A DNA stretch of 55,729 nucleotides, taken from Sphingobacteriaceae bacterium. Its GTDB lineage: Bacteria > Bacteroidota > Bacteroidia > Sphingobacteriales > Sphingobacteriaceae. Within the stretch, counting starts at the first letter, position 1. The number at the start of each line of letters is the position of its first letter. The notes under the pieces are model-generated. The model had not been told where the DNA came from. It made no database searches and was given only the letters and a program-made list of their open reading frames with translations. Shown one piece after another: positions 48,690 through 55,729 of the stretch. Where the stretch lies: the NCBI GenBank assembly GCA_019752795.1, contig JAIELS010000049.1, forward strand, positions 1 to 55,729. Direction: 5' to 3'. The translations under genes and the position numbers were made by a program.

Positions 48690-50795
48690 TTGTTTGCTTC
48701 AAATTTAGATACACCACTGGTTTATTTGAAGGGCGTTGGTCCTAAACGTGCCGAACTTTTACAAAAAGAGTTGGGCATTTCTACTTACGAGCAACTCTTA
48801 AATCATTATCCATTTAGATATATTGACAGAACTCGTTTCTATAAAATAAATGAGCTTAATGAAGATTTACCATTGGTGCAAGTTGTTGGAAGAATTACCA
48901 GTAAAGAAATCATAGGAGAGAAGCATAAAAAGAGAATAATAGCAAAGTTTACTGATGATACTGGAACAATGGAGTTGGTTTGGTTTCAAAGTTTAAAATG
49001 GGTTGAGGATAACTTGATGCGTGGAAGTTTATATATCGCCTTTGGTAAACCTAATTTATTTAACAATAGCTTTAGTATATCTCATCCAGATTTAGAACCT
49101 TATCCCAGACAAACTGGAATTACCGGAAACCTTACGCTTCATCCGATTTATCATACCAGCGAAAAGATGAAGAAAAGCTTTTTGGATAGTAAAGGAATCC
49201 AAAGGTTAATTCATCATATTATTGAATTACACATTAATGAAGTACGGGAAACCCTACCTCAATATATCTTAAAAAAATACAAGTTAATAAGTAGAAAAGA
49301 AGCTTTAATTCATATTCATTTTCCAGCTAATGCTAATCAATTGCAGCATGCAGAAAGAAGGCTAAAATTTGAAGAACTCTTCTTTATTCAACTACAACTT
49401 TTGCACAATAAACAATTGCGAAGTTTAAAGTTTAAAGGAGCACTTTTTAATACGGTTGGAGAACGAGTAAATACTTTTTACAACACTATGCTGCCTTTTG
49501 ATTTAACAAATGCGCAGAAGCGAGTTATTAAAGAAATTAGGCTAGACACCCAAAAAGGTAGCCAGATGAATAGGCTAATACAAGGTGATGTTGGTAGCGG
49601 GAAAACGGTGGTTGCTTTAATAAGTATGCTATTGGCAAATGACAACGGTTATCAAGCTTGTATGATGGCGCCAACAGAGATCTTGGCTCGTCAACATTAT
49701 CAGTCTTTAGTAGATTTATTAAAAGGAGAGTTGATTAAAGTGGCCATCTTAACAGGAAACACGACTAAAAAACAAAGAGTAATTCTGCATCAAGAATTAG
49801 AAGCTGGCGAGATTGATATCCTAGTTGGCACACATGCGCTGATTGAGGATAAGGTTAAGTTTAAAAATTTAGGCTTAGTGGTAATTGATGAGCAACATCG
49901 TTTTGGTGTAGAACAAAGAGCTAAACTTTGGCGTAAGAATAATATTCCGCCTCATATATTGGTTATGACGGCAACTCCTATTCCACGTACTTTGGCTATG
50001 ACTTTATATGGAGATTTGGATGTTTCTGTAATTGATGAATTACCTGTTGGAAGAAAGCCGATTGAAACTAAACATCTTTATGAGGGACAGCGATTACGTA
50101 TGTTTGGTTTTATGAAGCAAGAAATTGCTAAAGGGAGACAAGTTTATATTGTTTATCCTCTGATTAAGGAAAGTGAAAAGCTAGATCTTTTAAATCTTGA
50201 AGCAGGAATTGAGCAGATCAGATATCAATTTCCATTACCAGATTACCAAATTAGTATTGTACATGGACAACTGAAGAATGTGGATAAACAATACGAGATG
50301 AATAGGTTTATTGAAGGTAAATCTCAGATTATGGTAGCTACAACTGTAATTGAAGTTGGCGTAAATGTGCCCAATGCATCGGTAATGATTATAGAAAATG
50401 CAGAACGTTTTGGACTTTCTCAATTACACCAATTGCGTGGAAGAGTTGGTCGCGGAGCTGAACAATCTTTTTGCATTTTAATGTCGGGCAATAAGTTAAG
50501 TGCAAATTCTAAAACTCGTTTGGAAACGATGGTAAAAACCAATAACGGATTTGAAATTTCTGAAATAGATTTGCAATTACGAGGTCCTGGAGATATTACG
50601 GGCACGCAACAAAGCGGAGTTTTAGAGTTGAAAATGGCAAATTTGGCTAAAGATCAAATTATCTTACAAGAAGCTAGAAATACAGTAATTGACATTTTTG
50701 AAAAAGATCCAATGGTAGAACTGCCAGAAAATATTTTACTTAAAAACTATCTCCAAAAAAGAAGCAGAGCCATTGCTCTTGATAAAATTTCTTAA
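48690..50795 (+). CDS. recG: ATP-dependent DNA helicase RecG
   Basis: LKGVGPKRA, GDVGSGKT, DEQHRFG, TATPIPRT and QLRGRVGRG motifs. Confidence 0.98.
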   Translation: MFASNLDTPLVYLKGVGPKRAELLQKELGISTYEQLLNHYPFRYIDRTRFYKINELNEDLPLVQVVGRITSKEIIGEKHKKRIIAKFTDDTGTMELVWFQSLKWVEDNLMRGSLYIAFGKPNLFNNSFSISHPDLEPYPRQTGITGNLTLHPIYHTSEKMKKSFLDSKGIQRLIHHIIELHINEVRETLPQYILKKYKLISRKEALIHIHFPANANQLQHAERRLKFEELFFIQLQLLHNKQLRSLKFKGALFNTVGERVNTFYNTMLPFDLTNAQKRVIKEIRLDTQKGSQMNRLIQGDVGSGKTVVALISMLLANDNGYQACMMAPTEILARQHYQSLVDLLKGELIKVAILTGNTTKKQRVILHQELEAGEIDILVGTHALIEDKVKFKNLGLVVIDEQHRFGVEQRAKLWRKNNIPPHILVMTATPIPRTLAMTLYGDLDVSVIDELPVGRKPIETKHLYEGQRLRMFGFMKQEIAKGRQVYIVYPLIKESEKLDLLNLEAGIEQIRYQFPLPDYQISIVHGQLKNVDKQYEMNRFIEGKSQIMVATTVIEVGVNVPNASVMIIENAERFGLSQLHQLRGRVGRGAEQSFCILMSGNKLSANSKTRLETMVKTNNGFEISEIDLQLRGPGDITGTQQSGVLELKMANLAKDQIILQEARNTVIDIFEKDPMVELPENILLKNYLQKRSRAIALDKIS

Positions 50796-50899
50796 CCCCC
50801 AACCCCTAAAGGGGCTATTGCTCGCAGAAATAATTATCATTTATTTTTTTATAAAAAGAGAATTTTAAACTCAAAGCCCCTTTAGGGGGTTGGGGTTAA
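50792..50899. repeat. REP/REPIN-like inverted-repeat element between convergent genes
   Basis: 25-bp arms TTAACCCCCAACCCCTAAAGGGGCT / AGCCCCTTTAGGGGGTTGGGGTTAA, each with an internal CCCCT-AA-AGGGG palindrome. Confidence 0.85.
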
Positions 50900-52131
50900 T
50901 CCTCGTCGCTACCTGGTAAACTACCAGAACCTGAATAAGCTCCTTTACGAATAATTGGCATTTTTAAATATTTAAATAAATCATCTAAATGCATTAAACT
51001 ACCATTTGTTAAGTTGCCTAAAAAAATGACCACAATATCTTTATCCAAATCACGAATATAGATATGGCGGAAGCCATGCCACCAACCTGTGTGGTAAACT
51101 ACTTTATCCATTCCTTTACCATCAAACATTCGCCAGCCATAACCATAGTTAAAGTGACCATTAACAGGTTTGTTGCGACCAACGTAAGCAGAATCTAAAC
51201 TTTTTTTGCTTAATAGACGTCCATTTTTCAAGTATTTATCGAATAAGACCAAGTCGTGTAAGGTGCTGTAAATACCTTTATCGCCAACAGGCCCATCTAA
51301 AAAGTTTTGTGCAACAGAATATTTAAAATTATTGCGGTCATGCCCAACAACATCAACAGGTATTTTTTCGTATTCTGAGGTAGAGTAAACGTGGGTGTTT
51401 TTCAATCCCGCTGGTTTGAAAACATGCTCCATCATATATTGAGAATAACGTTGTCCAGTTACTTTCTCTATAATGGCTCCCAAAACCATAAAATTAGAAT
51501 TGTTATAATGAAATAAACGATTTGGCTTAGTGTATGGATTTGGTTTTTTACTTGCAATTACTTCCATTACTTCTTGGTTAGAAACTCCTTTTTTCATGTT
51601 TCTTTTCTCTTTGCGCCAAATATCATCGATAAAATAAACATAGTTCATCATTCCACTTCTGTGGGATAGAAGTAATTCTATAGTAATTCCATCATAAGGA
51701 AAATTTGGATAGAATTTTTTAACATCATCAGTTAATTTTAGTTTACCAGTCTCTACCAATTGCATTATAGCAACACCAGTAAAAGTTTTAGTAATTGATG
51801 CCAGTTCAAACTCTGAAGTTATTTTTAAGCTATCGCGATGTAAATAATCTGCCCAGCCAATTGCTTTTTCGTACAAGATTTTGCCTTTTCTAGCTACTAA
51901 CATATTGCCGTTAAAGCCAGATTTTTTATGTAAATTCTGTACAAAATTTGCAATCCATTGATCACCTTTTTTTGGATCGTATGCAATCAATAAGCTATCT
52001 GCTTTATCGTCTTCTTTTGTTCTTACTTTTTTATCGGCTTCTATTTTTTTTGCTTTTTCTTCTTTACTGGTACAAGAATATAAAGAGATTAGGAATATGG
52101 AACAGGTAAATATTAAAAAACGAAACTTCAT
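50896..52131 (-). CDS. Serine hydrolase (beta-lactamase class C-like) lipoprotein
   Basis: Lipobox LYSC, SxxK (ASITK), LLSHRSG, YxN (YNN) and HTG motifs. Start taken at MKFRFL. Confidence 0.88.
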   Translation of the reverse strand: MKFRFLIFTCSIFLISLYSCTSKEEKAKKIEADKKVRTKEDDKADSLLIAYDPKKGDQWIANFVQNLHKKSGFNGNMLVARKGKILYEKAIGWADYLHRDSLKITSEFELASITKTFTGVAIMQLVETGKLKLTDDVKKFYPNFPYDGITIELLLSHRSGMMNYVYFIDDIWRKEKRNMKKGVSNQEVMEVIASKKPNPYTKPNRLFHYNNSNFMVLGAIIEKVTGQRYSQYMMEHVFKPAGLKNTHVYSTSEYEKIPVDVVGHDRNNFKYSVAQNFLDGPVGDKGIYSTLHDLVLFDKYLKNGRLLSKKSLDSAYVGRNKPVNGHFNYGYGWRMFDGKGMDKVVYHTGWWHGFRHIYIRDLDKDIVVIFLGNLTNGSLMHLDDLFKYLKMPIIRKGAYSGSGSLPGSDED

Positions 52132-52277
52132 GTTTAGACAATAGGGATTTAAAAGCTCGCAAAATAACAATAATTGCCTTTTTAACTACAAAGAGTTTTA
52201 AACATTACTTTTTTTGCAGAATAAAAGTCACAAATGAACAGAAATTTTTACTTGTTTCTAAAAATAAATTTTAAAAT

Positions 52278-53027
52278 CTAAAGCCGTTGCAATGTTTGTT
52301 TAACTGTTTCTTTGTTAGGTTTAGAGACAGGTATTTTTTCGCCAGTTGTTAAGAGTAGTATTCCACCATCTTCTTTTAACCAGCTTTTTACATATTTTGG
52401 ATTTACTAAATGGCTTTGGTGCGTTCTTAAAAATCCATTGGGCGTTAGTAAATCTGCATATTCTTTAAGCGATTTAGAAACCAATATTTTCTCGCCATTT
52501 GCTAAAAAGAAAAAGGTATAACTATTATCTGCTTCACAACGTATAATGTCTGATAAAGCAACATATCTTATTTCGCTTTGCATTGGTAGGGCAATTTTGC
52601 TAACGGTTGTTTCTGGCTTTTTGATTTGTTGCAGTAAAAAATCGAGTTGCACATTCTGTATTTGTGTTGCCAATTTTTGTTCGGCTTTATTTACCGCATT
52701 TAGCAATTCATCAATATCAATGGGTTTTAAAAGATAATCTAAGGCAGCAAATTTTACAGCTTGTATACCGTATTGGTCATAAGCGGTAACAAAAATAACT
52801 TCGAAATTACGCTTTGGAAGGAGTTTTAGTACATCAAAACCTGTTTGCTCGCCCATTTGAATATCTAGAAAAACTAAATGCGGCAAATATTTTTCAATAG
52901 CATTAACCGCATCATTTACATTTTGCGCTGTTGCCATTATTGTTACCTGCGGACAATGTTTTTCTAGCAAAGTTCGTAGGTTTTCTAAGTTGGAAATTTC
53001 GTCATCTATTAAAATTGCCTTCATCAT
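52278..53027 (-). CDS. LytTR-family response regulator
   Basis: REC domain (IDDE, FLDIQM, FVTAY, DYLLKP) plus LytTR domain (FLRTHQSHLVN). Confidence 0.95.
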   Translation of the reverse strand: MMKAILIDDEISNLENLRTLLEKHCPQVTIMATAQNVNDAVNAIEKYLPHLVFLDIQMGEQTGFDVLKLLPKRNFEVIFVTAYDQYGIQAVKFAALDYLLKPIDIDELLNAVNKAEQKLATQIQNVQLDFLLQQIKKPETTVSKIALPMQSEIRYVALSDIIRCEADNSYTFFFLANGEKILVSKSLKEYADLLTPNGFLRTHQSHLVNPKYVKSWLKEDGGILLLTTGEKIPVSKPNKETVKQTLQRL

Positions 53028-53028
53028 C

Positions 53029-54648
53029 TTATAGCCAATCGGTTAATGTTAAGCTTATTTTAGTTCCGTTAGTGGTTGATTGTATAGCTAAAGAAAAGCG
53101 ATTTTCTTTATAAATACTGTTTAAGAGCTCTATTCTATTCTCACTTAATGGGATGCCCAAACCTTTGTTCTTTTTTTCGGTGTCAAATCCATTTCCATTA
53201 TCTGTAACCGTTAAGTCCAAATCATTTGCTTGCCTACTAAATGTGATTATAATTTTACCATCTATAGCTTTTTGCGATATGCCGTGTTTAACCGCATTTT
53301 CTACAAAGGGTTGTAGCAGCATACTTGGTATTTCTATGTTGGCTAAATCTAGGTTTTCAGAACAGTTAATCTCGTACTTAAAGCCGAAGCGCAATTGCTC
53401 CATTTGTAGATAATCGTCTAATAAATTTTTTTCTTGTGATAAGCTAATGAGTTCTTTATCATCAAGTACGTTACGCGTTAACCGAGCAAATTTAGAAAGG
53501 TATTTATTGGCATTGTCTATTTCGTTTTTGTTCATCAAATTTTGAATGCCAGAGAGTGCATTAAACATAAAATGAGGATTTAATTGAGAACGAATGGAAT
53601 TAAGTTGGAGTTTCGCAATGTTTTTTTGTTGCTCATTTTCAGCCAGCTTTTTCTTATTTCTTTTTCTCATGAAATAAAGGGTGATGAGGAAAGCTAATCC
53701 GATAAAAAATGCTACGATAAGCGAATAGATTAAAAATTCTTTTTTAGTGTAGCTTTCTTCATCTAAAGTTATAACAAGCGTATGTCTGGTGATGTATTTT
53801 TCTATTTCTTTTGGTGTGAAATCACGATCATTGCTATTAGTCCATTCAATGGATGGTTGAATTATAATTTCATAATCTCCTGATTTTTTAAAAATGCTTT
53901 TGTCGAATTTTACGTAAGGTGAGTGTTGATATGATTCGTCAATGTATCCGCCGTATTTCCAAGTAGTTGATTCGAAAATTACTTTATCGGTTTGCTTGTC
54001 TTTTATTGAAGTAGAGTAGAGATAATCAATATCTGACACATATTTTATTAAGGTTAGGTCCAGGTCACGTTTACCAAAAGTAAGCTTTGTAATCCCTTTA
54101 AGGTCGGTAATGTTGCTGTAACTATAATTTCCTTCTTCTCCAGTAAGCTTAGAAAAGAATTGGATCTTTGCTCTTGGAATTGGTTTCCCGTAAAAAATAG
54201 TTTTGTAAACATCCTGAGGCTTTTTGATGTCATAAGTTAATATGGTAATGATTTTATCTTTTATATGGAATGTACCAAAAGTTGTAGAACTGAATAGTTC
54301 TTCATCCCCCCCGGCATGAGTATCTTTTAGTTTTGCTAAGTCTATAGACTTGTTTATTACAATTGGTGTGTCATCCACCAAAATGGTGTACCTATAGTTT
54401 TCTATACTAATATTTTTTCTAAAATTAATCCGGATACTCACATTGTTTACTTCGGGTAAGAAATTGAAGGTTGTATTAGGTAAATTCGGAAATACCTTAC
54501 CGTAGACGTTTTTGGCTAAACTGTCAACACACATTTGCATTTTGTTCCCTGCACCATATATGCGATTATAATTGATGCCTTTTTGAGCATTTACGGTAAT
54601 TGCTGTAATAATTAAGCTGAGGAATATGAAGCTTATTTTTTTCATCAT
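53029..54648 (-). CDS. LytS/YehU-type sensor histidine kinase
   Basis: Signal peptide, large periplasmic domain, one TM helix; QLNPHFMFNAL, LQPFVENAVKHG and DNGNG motifs. Confidence 0.93.
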   Translation of the reverse strand: MMKKISFIFLSLIITAITVNAQKGINYNRIYGAGNKMQMCVDSLAKNVYGKVFPNLPNTTFNFLPEVNNVSIRINFRKNISIENYRYTILVDDTPIVINKSIDLAKLKDTHAGGDEELFSSTTFGTFHIKDKIITILTYDIKKPQDVYKTIFYGKPIPRAKIQFFSKLTGEEGNYSYSNITDLKGITKLTFGKRDLDLTLIKYVSDIDYLYSTSIKDKQTDKVIFESTTWKYGGYIDESYQHSPYVKFDKSIFKKSGDYEIIIQPSIEWTNSNDRDFTPKEIEKYITRHTLVITLDEESYTKKEFLIYSLIVAFFIGLAFLITLYFMRKRNKKKLAENEQQKNIAKLQLNSIRSQLNPHFMFNALSGIQNLMNKNEIDNANKYLSKFARLTRNVLDDKELISLSQEKNLLDDYLQMEQLRFGFKYEINCSENLDLANIEIPSMLLQPFVENAVKHGISQKAIDGKIIITFSRQANDLDLTVTDNGNGFDTEKKNKGLGIPLSENRIELLNSIYKENRFSLAIQSTTNGTKISLTLTDWL

Positions 54649-54703
54649 GTTTAGTTTAATGTTCATCAAACTTGTAACAATAATAGCAAAATTAAAACCA
54701 TAA

Positions 54704-54755
54704 AGCAGTAATGATAGTGTTTGAAATAGTAGATGTGTTATTTGGCGCAGTATTC
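54704..54755. promoter_or_regulatory. Putative LytTR-binding direct repeats
   Basis: (C/T)AGTA at 54706, 54727 and 54748, an exact 21-bp period, just upstream of the kinase's TAATTTTG -7 element (54694-54687). Confidence 0.5.
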
Positions 54756-54789
54756 GTTTTACCGATAATTAATTCCACTGTAAATTAAA

Positions 54790-54929
54790 CCCAACGGTAG
54801 CGAAAATACTTTTTGCAAAGTATCATCCTGAGCCTGTCGAAAGATAGTTGAAAGCAAGAACGGTTCGACAAGCTAAGCGTGACAAAGGATTGCAAACTAT
54901 TCACAAAAAGATTGTAGCGTACAGTGGGA
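54790..54929. repeat. Composite palindromic repeat (one element nested in another)
   Basis: Outer CCCAACGGTAGCGAAAATACTTTTTG..CAAAAAGATTGTAGCGTACAGTGGG; inner TATCATCCTGAGCCTGTCGAA..TTCGACAAGCTAAGCGTGACA. Confidence 0.65.
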
Positions 54930-55040
54930 CTGATTTTCCGAAGAACCAGTTCCAATGTTTTTCCAATTTTTGTAACGTTTCTAAATAAATTTCCGATAAG
55001 GTGCAAAAAAGTTAAATTTGTACAAAAAAAAGCAAAGATC

Positions 55041-55729
55041 ATGAGTTTCAGAATAGAACACGATACCATGGGCGAGGTTCAAGTGCCTGCCGATAAATAC
55101 TGGGGTGCACAAACAGAACGCTCTCGCAACAACTTTAAAATAGGACCAGAGGCAAGTATGCCAAAAGAAATTATCCATGCATTTGGCTATTTAAAAAAGG
55201 CTGCAGCTTTGGCTAATACGGAGCTAGGTGTTTTGGCTCAGGAAAAAGCTACATTAATTGCTAAAGCTTGTGATGAAGTAATTGCTGGTAAATTAGATGC
55301 CGAGTTTCCATTGGTAATTTGGCAAACAGGTTCTGGTACCCAGAGTAACATGAATGCAAACGAAGTAATTGCCAATCGAGCTCATGTAATAAATGGCGGT
55401 AGTTTAGCCGATGATCAAAAAGTTTTGCATCCAAATGATGACGTAAATAAATCTCAATCTAGTAACGATACTTATCCAACTGCTATGCACATTGCGGCAT
55501 ATAAACAAGCAGTAGAAATTACTATTCCAGGATTAGAGAAATTAAGAAATACGCTGGCTAAAAAAGCAGCAAGCTGGAATGGTATTGTTAAAACTGGTCG
55601 CACACACTTTATGGATGCTACGCCTTTGACTTTAGGACAAGAATTTTCGGGCTATGTGCAACAAATTGACGGGGGGGGGGGGGGGGGGGAAAATGCTTTG
55701 GTAATGATTTCGGAATTGGCTTTGGGCGG
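55041..55729 (+). CDS. fumC: Class II fumarate hydratase (3'-truncated by window edge)
   Basis: Own translation [92 protein letters not shown] at 55013-55020. Confidence 0.96.
   Translation, partial: MSFRIEHDTMGEVQVPADKYWGAQTERSRNNFKIGPEASMPKEIIHAFGYLKKAAALANTELGVLAQEKATLIAKACDEVIAGKLDAEFPLVIWQTGSGTQSNMNANEVIANRAHVINGGSLADDQKVLHPNDDVNKSQSSNDTYPTAMHIAAYKQAVEITIPGLEKLRNTLAKKAASWNGIVKTGRTHFMDATPLTLGQEFSGYVQQIDGGGGGGENALVMISELALG

Noticed and set aside
234-53413. Many 60-180 aa antisense or alternate-frame ORFs in the track (e.g. 444-680, 6953-7261, 35827-36369, 37642-37995)
   Set aside because: They lie within or largely overlap well-supported genes and show no family motifs; they are shadow ORFs.
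54742-54758. TTGGCGCAGTATTCGTT as a fourth sigma54-like site
   Set aside because: The -12 box deviates (TCGT), and it overlaps the better-supported LytTR-type repeats.
54785-55178. Minus-strand ORFs 54785-55069 and 54981-55178
   Set aside because: They run across repeat elements or antisense to fumC, with no protein-like motifs.
1-55729. CRISPR arrays, tRNA/rRNA genes, transposases, defence systems
   Set aside because: No repeat-spacer array, cloverleaf, rRNA-like segment or such ORF was seen by eye; intergenic gaps are short and otherwise explained.

Overview
Core-genome window of an AT-rich Bacteroidota chromosome. Gene content, gene order and TAnnTTTG promoters suggest Sphingobacteriaceae, probably Pedobacter-like (inference). 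Contents in order: rpsI(partial)-rpsB-tsf, nagA, pyrH-frr, ABC and MFS transporters, a truncated globin, a thiamine/vitamin uptake cluster (pnuC, NadR-like kinase, TPP riboswitch, TonB receptor, thiE), carB, lemA/DUF3137, radA, an HU-TPR-bS22-RNase E/G operon, mutY-ssb, glgA-like/DUF4270/glmS, panCD, an acyl-CoA dehydrogenase, rimP-nusA-infB, a small glycan cluster, meaB, pepP, ompA, ridA-eamA-recG, a serine hydrolase, a LytS/LytTR pair and the 5' part of fumC. I saw no tRNA, rRNA, CRISPR array, transposase or prophage. The most interesting signals are non-coding. (1) Two unannotated sRNA-like units and ompA share a sigma54-like TTGGmA-N6-TTGTA motif, and one sRNA carries a seed antisense to a typical Bacteroidota start-codon region. 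(2) A TPP riboswitch has an ~88-nt 7-mer-periodic hairpin inserted in its J2/4 junction. (3) Several palindromic repeat elements occur, including a nested one and a possible in-frame fossil inside carB. Two small genes missing from the ORF track (bS22, DUF6728-like) were found. The poly-G run in fumC is probably an artefact. All family assignments come from motif recognition, not database searches.
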